A stretch of 64,000 nucleotides of DNA from the NCBI GenBank assembly GCA_949294845.1, contig CASFJH010000047.1, positions 8,712-72,711 on the forward strand, written 5' to 3'. The position numbers were made by a program, and so were the translations under genes. Below are positions 28,614 through 38,364 of this stretch, one piece after another; position 1 is the first letter of the stretch, and every line of letters starts with the position of its first letter. The notes under the pieces were generated by a model. It was not told the origin of the DNA and searched no databases. It worked only from the letters and a program-made list of their open reading frames with translations. This DNA comes from an uncultured Bacillota bacterium. Lineage in GTDB: Bacteria; Bacillota; Clostridia; Christensenellales; Pumilibacteraceae.

Positions 28614-29508
28614 AACCCACCGCCGCGGCTACTGCGCGCTCGACCGCTTCTACAGCCGCCACGCCGAGTAAATTTATATCCGTTTCGACTTCTCCGGTAG
28701 CCATTGCAAAGATCGTATCACCGTCAAAATCGGTATGCACCGGACTGATCGAACGCGCCAGCCCGTCGTGCGCGACGGAAGCCAGTTTGTTAGCCTCATG
28801 CTTTGCAGCCTTTGCGTTTACGATCACGCAGCCTATCGTCGTATTGCGCCCGGTTGCGGAAACCGGCGCAAACCCATTCAACAGCCTGCTTCGCATATCT
28901 GCAAATTCTCCTGTCGGAGTGCGGGCGCCGGCAATAATTCTGCCGTTACTGTAAATATCTCCGCACGCGTTCACGGCTATTACGGCCGTAACGAAAGCTC
29001 CGCCGCCCAAGCTTACGGTAGCCGCGCCTATTCCGCCCGGTTCGGCATACTCCATCCCCATAAGCTTTCCTACGGTAGCGCCCTTACCGCAACCTACTCT
29101 CCCCCACGCTACATCGTGGCGCGACGCGGCGAGGCAGGCGTCGTAGCCCATTCTGATATCGGGGTAGCTGTACTCTTCGCCGTTAAGGTCGTATATGACG
29201 GCGCCGCATACTATAGGAACCACTTTATCGCCGATCGCAAAACCGCTGCCCCGCTCGCGCAGATAATTCATAACGCCGCAGCATGATTCAAGCCCGTAAG
29301 CGGAGCCGCCCGACAGAACTACAGCGTTTACTGCGCCTACGGTCTTTTCCGACCGCAGCAGATCGGTTTCACGAGTGCCGGGAGCGCCGCCGCGCACGTC
29401 AACGCCGCAAACCGCGCCGCGCGGCGCCAGAATAACGGTAACGCCGGTGTTTTCGTTATCGGCGTGACCGATAAAAATTCCTTTCGGTATAACAATTTCC
29501 ATAATCAT
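28600..29508 (-). CDS. P1/S58 family peptidase (DmpA-like aminopeptidase)
   Basis: 302 aa. NTGVTVILAP, GGAPGTRETDLL, and a GxxNTTIG self-processing-site-like motif (GRNTTIG). Confidence 0.7.
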   Translation of the reverse strand: MIMEIVIPKGIFIGHADNENTGVTVILAPRGAVCGVDVRGGAPGTRETDLLRSEKTVGAVNAVVLSGGSAYGLESCCGVMNYLRERGSGFAIGDKVVPIVCGAVIYDLNGEEYSYPDIRMGYDACLAASRHDVAWGRVGCGKGATVGKLMGMEYAEPGGIGAATVSLGGGAFVTAVIAVNACGDIYSNGRIIAGARTPTGEFADMRSRLLNGFAPVSATGRNTTIGCVIVNAKAAKHEANKLASVAHDGLARSISPVHTDFDGDTIFAMATGEVETDINLLGVAAVEAVERAVAAAVGYAGN

Positions 29509-30110
29509 TTCTCCTTTTCGACCGCTCTTATCGCGCGACCGACTACCCCGTAAGAATATCCTTTAGCCGCAAGATGCCGCGATAGTTTCGGCCTGTCGAA
29601 ATCATGGCTTTGCAAGTATTTTTCCGCAGCCGATAAAGCCGACTGATAAATTTCGTCCTCATCAAGCTCCGACAGAACGTCGTTTACCGTCTTTTCGGCA
29701 ATACCGAGGCGGCGGAGCTCTGCGCGAAGCCTTATCTCGCCGAAACGGCTTTTATACATTGCTACATAATCTTCCGCATACTTTGTATCGTCAATGTAGC
29801 CGTAATCCTTGAGCTTTCCTGTCGCTGCGTCGATAACGCTGTTAAGATACCCCTTTTCGCGCAGCTTGAGTCTCACTTCTTTTTCGGTACGGCGTCTGAG
29901 CGATACATACGAAAGCGCCTTATTGAAAGCGTTTTCCGTCTCGCTTGAAAGCTGCAGCGCCTCAAGCGTTTCGTCGTCCGTTTCCTGCCCGATCTTAAGA
30001 CCGGAGCTTAAAACAGTAATATTTTCCAGTCCGCATTTAAATCTGCCGTCAACGAAAATATTGGCGCGCTTACCGTTACGTTGCATTGTAATATCTGTAA
30101 TTCTAGCCAT
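29505..30110 (-). CDS. recX: RecA regulator RecX
   Basis: 201 aa. ITDITMQRNGKRANIFVDGRF plus three helical repeats (SLRRRTEKEVRLKLREKGY...). Confidence 0.8.
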   Translation of the reverse strand: MARITDITMQRNGKRANIFVDGRFKCGLENITVLSSGLKIGQETDDETLEALQLSSETENAFNKALSYVSLRRRTEKEVRLKLREKGYLNSVIDAATGKLKDYGYIDDTKYAEDYVAMYKSRFGEIRLRAELRRLGIAEKTVNDVLSELDEDEIYQSALSAAEKYLQSHDFDRPKLSRHLAAKGYSYGVVGRAIRAVEKEK

Positions 30111-30173
30111 TATACCTGTACTCCGAATATCAACACCGATTTTTGATAAAAATAAACTCAGGAGGAATTAAAT

Positions 30174-30356
30174 ATGACGCAAAAAAGTCTGACGCAGCTA
30201 TGCGAGCTTATGCGAAGCGAAGAGCTTGCATACAAGAAATGCTGCAATTATGTATCAGAGGCCGCCGACGAACAGCTGAAGGCGGAGCTCGGCCGTTTCG
30301 CAAATAACCATAAACAACGCTTCGAAACTCTTCTCGGGTTTCTCGAAAACGCTTAA
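30174..30356 (+). CDS. Small helical protein paired with the CotF-like gene (coat-associated)
   Basis: 60 aa with AGGAGG upstream. It ends 11 nt before the CotF-like ORF. The helical pattern SEELAYKKCCNYVSEAADEQLK resembles the Coat_F N-terminal half. Confidence 0.5.
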   Translation: MTQKSLTQLCELMRSEELAYKKCCNYVSEAADEQLKAELGRFANNHKQRFETLLGFLENA

Positions 30357-30367
30357 AGGAGGATAAA

Positions 30368-30667
30368 ATGAACAGTACCGAATTTGCTATGAAAGCTTGT
30401 GCGCTGGACGATTACGACATTATTTCGGACGTTCTGGGCAGCCACAAAAATCTTGTAAAGCTTTACGGAACAGCTATATGCGAAATTGCCGACTGCGATC
30501 TGCGCGAAACCGTAAAAAGCCAGATGTTCGAGTGCGCCGACGATCAGTACAAGGCGTTCAGCTATATGCACGAGCGCGGTATGTACGAATGTGAGCCTGC
30601 ACAGAGCGAAAAAATCGATCAGTGCGTGTCGCAGTTCTGCCGCTGCAAACAGGAAATGGAACGCTGA
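30368..30667 (+). CDS. Spore coat protein, Coat_F domain
   Basis: 99 aa. DIISDVLGSHKNLVKLYGTAICEIADCDLRETV is a typical Coat_F pattern. AAGGAGG RBS. Confidence 0.7.
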   Translation: MNSTEFAMKACALDDYDIISDVLGSHKNLVKLYGTAICEIADCDLRETVKSQMFECADDQYKAFSYMHERGMYECEPAQSEKIDQCVSQFCRCKQEMER

Positions 30668-30711
30668 ATAATCAAAAACGTAAAGGGCGCGAGCAAATCT
30701 GCGCCCTTTTT

Positions 30712-31404
30712 TTAATATTCGTCCATGATACGGTTAATATCAATCATATCGCCCGTCGTTACAACGCCGCGTATACGGGCGTCAAACGCGCCGCCCGGCG
30801 TAAACAGCACTATCTGCAGCTTCCTGTCGGCGGTAAACTCATTAAGCACCTCGTCGACCGTGGCGTTGTCGGGCATAATTTTATAATGGCGCGTAGAGCC
30901 TTTCAATATATTGGCAGCGGGAGTATATTCAAGAAACTCGTCCACGTCTTCCGCTTTCGCTATCGCTTCGACTATAAGCTTATTGTTTATGACTCCGGCA
31001 ATTTCGCCGTCCGTTATTACAGGAACGTTTGAATAGCCGCTTTCTGTCATAATTCTTATGACCTCGCCGAGTTTTTTATCGCCTCTGACCGTTAGCGCCG
31101 GCTTTGAAACCGTACCGACCGCGCGGGGCGGACGCAAAAGCAATCTTTCTATATGTTCGATTTTTTGCACAACCGATTCGTGCGGCTCGGCAATGACCAT
31201 ATCCGTATCGGAATTATGCACGATAGCATTGCGCAGGCGCGCATAATCGAGCAGATCGTCTTCGTACTTTCGCACTACTGCCGACTGCGAAGCAGCCCTT
31301 CTTACTGCGTCCGAAAACGAAGAGGAATTTTTAAGATGAAACAGTGTGCGCAGCTTTTTATCTATTCGGTTGTATGAACTGATAAATCTTGCCGATCGCA
31401 TCAT
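30712..31404 (-). CDS. CBS-pair protein with an N-terminal helical domain carrying a HEPN-type RNxxxH motif
   Basis: 230 aa. The N-terminal roughly 90 aa include ...DLLDYARLRNAIVHN (codons at 31216..31233). The C-terminal part shows a tandem CBS pattern (SNVPVITDGEIAGVI..., IRGVVTTGDMI). ATGA overlap with the galK stop. Confidence 0.65.
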   Translation of the reverse strand: MMRSARFISSYNRIDKKLRTLFHLKNSSSFSDAVRRAASQSAVVRKYEDDLLDYARLRNAIVHNSDTDMVIAEPHESVVQKIEHIERLLLRPPRAVGTVSKPALTVRGDKKLGEVIRIMTESGYSNVPVITDGEIAGVINNKLIVEAIAKAEDVDEFLEYTPAANILKGSTRHYKIMPDNATVDEVLNEFTADRKLQIVLFTPGGAFDARIRGVVTTGDMIDINRIMDEY

Positions 31405-32573
31405 ATCTTAAGCTCTTGCGCGCCGTCCTCTATCGAAGTATCGTAGAAAGAGGCTTTATACCCTATCTGCTCTTCGTATTTGCGCCCGACGACGTCGATA
31501 AACTGCGCAACTTTATCTTTTACAACCAGACTGACGGTGCAGCCGCCGAAGCCGGCGCCGGTCATTCTCGAGCCGATGCAACCGTCAAAGTCACGGGCGG
31601 CTCCCGAAAGGGCATCCAGCTCCTTGCCGGTAACTTCGTAAAGATCGCGCAGCGACGCGTGCGACTCGTTAAGCAGCTTGCCGAAGTAAAGCAAATCGCC
31701 GCGGTTAAGTGCTTCAACAGATTTTTTAACCCTGTCGCATTCGTAAACAACGTGCTCGGCACGATCACGTATTTTGCCGGATAAAACATCTTTATTCGCC
31801 TCAAACATATCGGGAGTAACGTCGGCAAGGCAAGTTATTCCGGGCAATACGCTTTTGAGACATACGAGCGCTTCTTCCGTTTCGGCGCGGCGCTCATTGT
31901 ATTTTGATTCGCCTAAAGCGCGCTTTTTATTGCAGTTGGCGATAACCAGACTGTAATTGCCGAGCGCCAGCGGAACGTATTTATAATCGAGCGTTTTGCA
32001 GTCAAGCAGAATAGCGTTATCCTTTTTTCCCATACTCGAAGCAAACTGATCCATAATGCCGCAATTTACTCCGTTGTACTCGTTTTCGGATTTCTGACAT
32101 AAAACTGCCAGCTCCTTGTTGTCGCCCGATTTGCCGCCCGCCTCGCCCGAAAAGACCGAGAGCATATACGCGGTAGCTACCTCTATCGACGCGGAAGAGC
32201 TGAGTCCCGATCCGAACGGAACCGTAGCGTCATAGAGCAGGTCGCATCCGGTTATCGTATAACCTGCCTGCTGCAGAGTATATGCGACGCCGGCCTGATA
32301 ATCTCCCCAGCGAAGCTCGCGGTAGGCGTCGAGATTGTTGATATCAAGCTCGACTTTATCGTCTATCGTCGTCGCGCGCAGTCTTATCGCCGAATCGGAG
32401 CGTTTGCGCGCCGCAACTACGCAGCGCAGATTGAGCGCGGCCGGAAAGACCGGTCCGCCGCAGTAGTCGATATGCTCGCCTATGAGGTTGACTCTTCCGG
32501 CGGCCGAAAACAGCCGCACTTCTCCTTCGCCGTATTCTTCTTTGAATCTTTTTACCAGTTCTTCCAATTGCAT
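31401..32573 (-). CDS. galK: Galactokinase
   Basis: GRVNLIGEHIDYCGG signature and GHMP kinase motif GSGLSSSAS. Confidence 0.9.
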   Translation of the reverse strand: MQLEELVKRFKEEYGEGEVRLFSAAGRVNLIGEHIDYCGGPVFPAALNLRCVVAARKRSDSAIRLRATTIDDKVELDINNLDAYRELRWGDYQAGVAYTLQQAGYTITGCDLLYDATVPFGSGLSSSASIEVATAYMLSVFSGEAGGKSGDNKELAVLCQKSENEYNGVNCGIMDQFASSMGKKDNAILLDCKTLDYKYVPLALGNYSLVIANCNKKRALGESKYNERRAETEEALVCLKSVLPGITCLADVTPDMFEANKDVLSGKIRDRAEHVVYECDRVKKSVEALNRGDLLYFGKLLNESHASLRDLYEVTGKELDALSGAARDFDGCIGSRMTGAGFGGCTVSLVVKDKVAQFIDVVGRKYEEQIGYKASFYDTSIEDGAQELKI

Positions 32574-32592
32574 AAAGCTATCTCCGTTAATG

Positions 32593-33291
32593 TTATTTAA
32601 GTAATTCCTTAAGCTGCGCGAGCCTGTCCGCGGGAAAAGGTTTCATGTCTCCCAGCGGATACGGTTCCTTCCACTTGTTTTTTCCCATAGTGTGATAAGG
32701 GAGCAGTTCTATCTTCTCCGCGCCCTCGGCAAGCGCTTTAAGCGCAAGTATCTGCTCAGGCGAGTCGGTATACCCCTCCACTATTACCTGTCTTATCCAA
32801 AACGGCTTTTTGATCTTTTTAAGGTAACCGAGAGTTTTAAGCGTATTATCGATACTCCCGCCGGTAACGCGTCTGAAGCCGTCCGCCGCGGTATGCTTTA
32901 TATCCAGTATTACAAGGTCGGCTTCCGACAGCGCGGCTTCGCTGTAAACCGTGCCGGCAGTATCTAAAGCGACGTGTCGTCCCAGTTCATGCAATGCCGC
33001 CGATATTGCGCGCGCGAAATCCGTCTGAAACAGCGGCTCGCCGCCCGACAGAGTAACTCCTCCGGTACAGTAAGCTTCATATCTGGCCAGTTCGTCGACT
33101 ACCTGTCTCACTGTCGCTTCATATCCCGAACCGGCGTCAAGCATATCGGCATTATGACAGTATACGCAGCGTATGGGGCAGCCGGCAAGAAAGACTACCG
33201 ATCTCAAACCGGGACCGTCAAGGCACCCCAGATGCTCAAACGAAGCGATACGGCCTTTAACGTCAAGATACGGACTGTCGCCCATGGTCAC
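32593..33291 (-). CDS. pflA: Pyruvate formate-lyase activating enzyme (radical SAM)
   Basis: [10 protein letters not shown] cluster motif. ATGA overlap with pflB. Confidence 0.9.
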   Translation of the reverse strand: MTMGDSPYLDVKGRIASFEHLGCLDGPGLRSVVFLAGCPIRCVYCHNADMLDAGSGYEATVRQVVDELARYEAYCTGGVTLSGGEPLFQTDFARAISAALHELGRHVALDTAGTVYSEAALSEADLVILDIKHTAADGFRRVTGGSIDNTLKTLGYLKKIKKPFWIRQVIVEGYTDSPEQILALKALAEGAEKIELLPYHTMGKNKWKEPYPLGDMKPFPADRLAQLKELLK

Positions 33292-35510
33292 ATTCTTTCA
33301 AAGAACGTACGGTTAAGCACCTCTTCGCGGTGCTTGTAGCTGAGCACGCCGAATCTTACCGCATAGCCCGAAACCCGTATCGTAAGGTGCGGATATTTTT
33401 CGGGATGCGCATGGGCGTCGAGCAGAATGTCTTTATTGTAAACGTTGACATTGAGGTGATGCCCTTTGCGCCTGCAATATCCGTCGAGTATGGCGGTAAG
33501 GTTACGGTAGCGATCCTCATCGGCTTTGCCGAGAGTAGCCGGAACTATGCCGAAGGTATTGGAAATGCCGTCTCTGCAGCTGGTATATTTGAGTTTGGAA
33601 ACCGAATTGAGCGAAGCGAGCGCGCCTCTCTTTTCTCTGTGGTGCATCGGGTTAGCGCCGGGGGCAAAAGGTTCTCCGGCTTTGCGGCCGCAAGGCGTAG
33701 CGCCCGTCTTTTTCCCGTATACCACGTTTGAAGTTATTGTGAGAAGGCTGAGCGTATGGACGGCGTTGCGGTAAGTCTTGGTACGGCGCAAAGCTTCGAT
33801 GAAATAATCGACTATTTCGCTCGCTATCGAGTCTACGCGGTCGTCGTCGTTGCCGTACTGGGGATACGCGCCTTCGGTGACGTAATCGATAATAAGTCCT
33901 GTCTCGTCCGCAACCGGCGTTACCTTTGCGTATTTGATAGCCGATAACGAGTCGGCCGCAACGGAAATTCCCGCAGCTCCGAAAGCCATAAGCCGTTCGG
34001 GATAAGTATCGTGCAATGCCATTTCGAGTTTTTCGTAAGCATACTTGTCGTGCATATAATGGATTATATTCATTGTCGAAACATATGCATGGGCCAGCCA
34101 GTCTATGTATCTCTTATACCGCTCCATGACCTTGTCGTAGTCGAGCACTCCGGTCATCGGAACGTCCTCAGGACCGATCTGTACGCCGCTCATCTCGTCT
34201 CTGCCGCCGTTAATAGCCATCAGCAACAGTTTTGCAAGATTGCAGCGCGCGCCGAAATATTGCATCTGATGTCCTATTTTCATAGCCGAAACGCAGCACG
34301 CGATACCGTAATCGTCGCCGTAAAGCGGCCTCATAACGTCGTCGTTTTCATACTGTATCGAGCTTGTGTCGACTGACACCTTTGCGCAGTACAGTTTCCA
34401 GTTTTCGGGCAGATGTTCGCTCCACAGAACGGTAAGATTGGGCTCCGGCGCCGTCTTTAGGTTATACAAGGTATGAAGGAACCTGAAGCTGGCTTTGGTC
34501 ACCAGCGGACGGCCGTCCAGTCCTATGCCGCCGAGAGATTCGGTAACCCATGTGGGATCGCCGGCGAAAAGCTCGTTGTATTCGGGCGTGCGCAGCTGAC
34601 GGGACATACGAAGCTTAAGCACCAGCTGATCGACAAGCTCCTGTATCTCGCTTTCGTTAAACAGTCCGCTCTTTAAATCGCGTTCGAAATAAATATCCAG
34701 AAAAGTGGAAACGCGTCCGAACGACATAGCGGCGCCGTTCTGCTCCTTTATGGCGCCGAGGTACGCATAATACGTCCACTGCACCGCCTCGCGTGAATTC
34801 TGCGCAGGATGTGAAATATCGTCTCCGTACATTGCGGCCATTTGCTTTAGCTTTTCAAGAAAGTCTATTTGCCTGTAAAGCTCTTCGCGCAAACGGATAT
34901 TTTCCTCGTCCATATCCTTGAAGCCGGTGTCGGCAAAATCCTTACGTTTCCACTCGATCAGTTTATCGATACCGTAAAGAGCCACGCGGCGGTAATCGCC
35001 TATAATGCGTCCGCGTCCGTATGCGTCGGGCAGACCGGTAAGAATTCCGTACTTTCTGAGCGCGCGCATTTCGGGAGTATATACTCTGAATACTCCGTCG
35101 TTATGCGTTGTCTTGTATTTGAAATTTTCAACAACTTCCTCGCTTAAACGGTATCCGTAAGCTTCGCACGCCTGCTTTGCCATGCGTATCCCGCCGAACG
35201 GGTTAACGCCGCGCTTAAGAGGAGAATCGGTCTGACTACCGACTATTATCTCGTTATCTTTATCCAGATAGCCGGCCGGATAAGTAAGGAGGCTGGAAAC
35301 TCTGTCCGTATCAATATCGAGCACACCGCCTTTTTCCCGTTCCTTTGTAAGCAATTCCTCATATTTTTCGGTAAGACCTACCGTCCTTGCCGTGGGAGCG
35401 GCGAGAAAATCCGCAGTACCGGTATACGGCGTATAATTGAGTTGTATAAAGTCCCTTACGTCGGGACGCGTTTCCCATATTCCCTTTTTAAACCCTGTCC
35501 AAGCTTCCAT
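33288..35510 (-). CDS. pflB: Formate C-acetyltransferase (pyruvate formate-lyase)
   Basis: 740 aa. Glycyl-radical motif [11 protein letters not shown] and active-site CCVS. Confidence 0.92.
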   Translation of the reverse strand: MEAWTGFKKGIWETRPDVRDFIQLNYTPYTGTADFLAAPTARTVGLTEKYEELLTKEREKGGVLDIDTDRVSSLLTYPAGYLDKDNEIIVGSQTDSPLKRGVNPFGGIRMAKQACEAYGYRLSEEVVENFKYKTTHNDGVFRVYTPEMRALRKYGILTGLPDAYGRGRIIGDYRRVALYGIDKLIEWKRKDFADTGFKDMDEENIRLREELYRQIDFLEKLKQMAAMYGDDISHPAQNSREAVQWTYYAYLGAIKEQNGAAMSFGRVSTFLDIYFERDLKSGLFNESEIQELVDQLVLKLRMSRQLRTPEYNELFAGDPTWVTESLGGIGLDGRPLVTKASFRFLHTLYNLKTAPEPNLTVLWSEHLPENWKLYCAKVSVDTSSIQYENDDVMRPLYGDDYGIACCVSAMKIGHQMQYFGARCNLAKLLLMAINGGRDEMSGVQIGPEDVPMTGVLDYDKVMERYKRYIDWLAHAYVSTMNIIHYMHDKYAYEKLEMALHDTYPERLMAFGAAGISVAADSLSAIKYAKVTPVADETGLIIDYVTEGAYPQYGNDDDRVDSIASEIVDYFIEALRRTKTYRNAVHTLSLLTITSNVVYGKKTGATPCGRKAGEPFAPGANPMHHREKRGALASLNSVSKLKYTSCRDGISNTFGIVPATLGKADEDRYRNLTAILDGYCRRKGHHLNVNVYNKDILLDAHAHPEKYPHLTIRVSGYAVRFGVLSYKHREEVLNRTFFERM

Positions 35511-35544
35511 GTATATGCCTCCGTTATGAAGAAAAATTAATTAA

Positions 35545-38208
35545 CTAGTGAAAAATTTTAATCGTGCCCACAATCTTTATCACTACCGAAACGACGAAGT
35601 ACGACGACAGCACGACGATTATTAAGAAGAACAAATTAATACGTTCAGGCTTGACTATGCCGAACGTCCCCGGCATAACGGCAATAGCAATCGCGCATAT
35701 CAGCAGAGTAACTATCAGCAGAACGCTCCTGAACGCGTCGAGCGGTTCGCATATCTTTATAAGCACCATCATTCCGGTAAATGTCATTGCGAGCACGCTC
35801 AAGCTGACGTATTCCGCATAATAAGGCGTAGTTGCAAGAGGCAGTTCGCCCTTCGTAAGCAGAAAGTATACGAATATCGCCATAACGCTGAGCACCAAAG
35901 TCATGCCGCCCGGTATACATCGCGAAATAACGTTTGAAAGGAATTTGCCGCGGATAATGTTTTTGTTGGGCTGCAAAGCCAAGGCAAAGGACGGTATAGC
36001 TATTACGAACCATTCCAGCAGCAAAAGGTTCGACGTGTCGAAAGGATAAAGCGGCGTGCTGGCTTTGGTAGTAACGGTGAGAATGAAAAATATGATGGTC
36101 AGGACAATGGACATAAAAGTTTTCATCAGAAAGAGCGACGACGACTTCTGTATATTGTTTACCACTCTCCGCCCCTCGCGCACTACGTCCGGCATGGAAG
36201 TAAAATTCGAATCCAGCAGCACGAGGTGACTTACGTTGCGCGCCGCTTCGGCGCCTGACGCTATAGCAACCGAACAATCGGCTTCGCGCATGGCGAGGAT
36301 ATCGTTTACTCCGTCGCCAGTCATGGCGACGGTATGCCCCTTTGCCTTAAGCGCTTTTACGAGTATACATTTCTGTTCAGGCGTCACTCTGCCGAAAACC
36401 GTATACATCGTAGCGGCTTCAATAACCTCCTGATTGGATAACCCTTCAAGACTTATATAAAGCTCGGCGTTTTCCACGCCTACGCGCCTTGCCACTTCCG
36501 AAACGGTAACAGGATTGTCGCCGCTTATGACTTTAACCGCAACGTTGTTCTCTTTAAACCACGCGATAGTCTCGATTGCATCGTCGCGGATATGATCTTC
36601 TATTACGATGAGACAGAGCGGTCTGCGCACGGCGGGAAGCTTATCCGACGTCAATTCCGCCGGAGAATGAGCAAGCACCATAACGCGGAATCCGTTAGCT
36701 GCATTTTCATTTATCAGCTTTTCTATCCGTATGCCGAGATCCTTAAGCACGAATTCGGGAGCGCCGAGCATATAGGTTCCCGCTCCTTCAAACGTAACCG
36801 CCGAATATTTACGCTGCGACGAAAACGGCATTATTCTGACAGGTTTAAGCGCGTTGCTGTACCCGAATCTGTTGGCAAGCGCCATTGCCGTCTGGTTGTT
36901 GTCCTCAGTCGCGGTAAGCATTGAGCCTATTATGTCTTTAAGCGGGTAATCGGTACCTCCGCCTTTCAGCTCGATAATCTTATTAACCTGCATTGTGCCG
37001 TCCGTGATAGTCCCCGTTTTGTCAAGACAAAGCACGTCTACGCGCGCAAGCATTTCTATGCAGTATATGTCCTGAACCAACGTCTTTTTCTTGGCAAGCC
37101 GTATTACCGAAACCGCAAGAGCGACGGTGGTAAGCAGAAACATTCCGGCCGGTATCATTCCTATTACAGAGCCGGAAATGCTTGAAATAATAGTTCTCCA
37201 CTTGTCCTCGCCGCCGGTGAGTCTGCCGTATACGACTATCATTGCGATGGCAAGCGGAACTATAATGACGGAAATAATTTTAATTATAAGTCTGACCGAC
37301 GCGTTCAGCTCGCTTTTGGGCTTGCGGTATTTCTTGGCGTAGGACGCAAGAGTCTCCACATAATTGGCCACGCCAAGCTTTTCAACCTTAGCAAAAACCG
37401 AACCGCTTGAGACGAACGAGCCGGAGTACAAAACGTCGCCAACGGTCTTTTTAACCGGAACGCTCTCGCCTGTAAGCATTGACTCGTTTACTTCGCACTC
37501 GCCTTTTACGACAATCGAGTCGGCGCATATCTGTTTTCCTGTCTCGAAATACGTTATGTCGTCGAGAACCACGTCTCCGACAGGTATCGCGCGTTTTACC
37601 CCGTCGCGTATCACCAGTGCGGTAGGAGCAGTTATGAGGCTGAGCTTTTCAACGGTACGTTTGGACTTTATCTCCTGTATGATACCTATCCCTATATTGG
37701 CGATAATGATTATCATAAAGAAGAGCTGCGACGGATTGGCCCTGACAGAGATAAGCGCCGCCGCTATCGCAAACGTCATAAGGTTAAAAAACGTAAAAAT
37801 ATTGCCGAAGAATATACTCTTGTACGTTTTCCCGCCCTTTTTGGGTATATAGTTAAAATATCCGTCGTTCATGCGCTGTTCGACCTGAACCGACGAAAGC
37901 CCTTTATTGACGTCTGGAGAAAACCGCTCTGCCTTGGAGAGATCGACGGCTACCGGTTTACGCCTTTTGGCGGAAGCTATCCGCGCCTCCTTCGAAAGCA
38001 TTGTGCCGTCTATCGTCGAAGAACGCGAAACTTCGGGCTCTGTCGAATCGGCGCCGGAAAAAACAGACTTATCTATGGTAAGCTCGTAGTTTTCAAGCTG
38101 CGGAACCGTAGGCTCTATAGTATTGGTCGCTTTGGTAACCACATGGCCGCGCGGCTTATTCTTATTAGACTGTAAATTTTTTTCTCGCGGATCGTTTTTT
38201 TTATCCAT
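35545..38208 (-). CDS. Cation-translocating P-type ATPase (HAD-IC)
   Basis: DKTGTITDG phosphorylation motif, TGES, MTGDGVNDILAM. Preferred start MDKKNDPREK at 38208 (GGAG upstream). The N-terminal extension is about 100 aa and hydrophilic. Confidence 0.85.
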   Translation of the reverse strand: MDKKNDPREKNLQSNKNKPRGHVVTKATNTIEPTVPQLENYELTIDKSVFSGADSTEPEVSRSSTIDGTMLSKEARIASAKRRKPVAVDLSKAERFSPDVNKGLSSVQVEQRMNDGYFNYIPKKGGKTYKSIFFGNIFTFFNLMTFAIAAALISVRANPSQLFFMIIIIANIGIGIIQEIKSKRTVEKLSLITAPTALVIRDGVKRAIPVGDVVLDDITYFETGKQICADSIVVKGECEVNESMLTGESVPVKKTVGDVLYSGSFVSSGSVFAKVEKLGVANYVETLASYAKKYRKPKSELNASVRLIIKIISVIIVPLAIAMIVVYGRLTGGEDKWRTIISSISGSVIGMIPAGMFLLTTVALAVSVIRLAKKKTLVQDIYCIEMLARVDVLCLDKTGTITDGTMQVNKIIELKGGGTDYPLKDIIGSMLTATEDNNQTAMALANRFGYSNALKPVRIMPFSSQRKYSAVTFEGAGTYMLGAPEFVLKDLGIRIEKLINENAANGFRVMVLAHSPAELTSDKLPAVRRPLCLIVIEDHIRDDAIETIAWFKENNVAVKVISGDNPVTVSEVARRVGVENAELYISLEGLSNQEVIEAATMYTVFGRVTPEQKCILVKALKAKGHTVAMTGDGVNDILAMREADCSVAIASGAEAARNVSHLVLLDSNFTSMPDVVREGRRVVNNIQKSSSLFLMKTFMSIVLTIIFFILTVTTKASTPLYPFDTSNLLLLEWFVIAIPSFALALQPNKNIIRGKFLSNVISRCIPGGMTLVLSVMAIFVYFLLTKGELPLATTPYYAEYVSLSVLAMTFTGMMVLIKICEPLDAFRSVLLIVTLLICAIAIAVMPGTFGIVKPERINLFFLIIVVLSSYFVVSVVIKIVGTIKIFH

Positions 38209-38245
38209 GATTGCTCCGTTAAAGTGTTTACAATTATCCCGCTTA

Positions 38246-38275
38246 AGTATAGCATACAAACTCTTGAAGTGTCAA
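38246..38275 (-). promoter_or_regulatory. SigA-type promoter for the P-type ATPase
   Basis: On the minus strand: TTGACA (38275..38270), 18-nt spacer, TATACT (38251..38246). Confidence 0.5.
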
Positions 38276-38364
38276 TGATTATTTGTCGCACCCCACAAAT
38301 AAATAAAATTACGCCGTGACAGCGACGGCGCAATTACTTCAATTATTAAGATAATATATCCCGG

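Noticed and set aside
30174-30667. The small two-gene cassette (60 aa plus 99 aa) as a toxin-antitoxin pair.
   Set aside because: The 99-aa product shows the Coat_F pattern, and the 60-aa product resembles the same helical motif. The pair is more consistent with paired spore-coat proteins than with a TA module.
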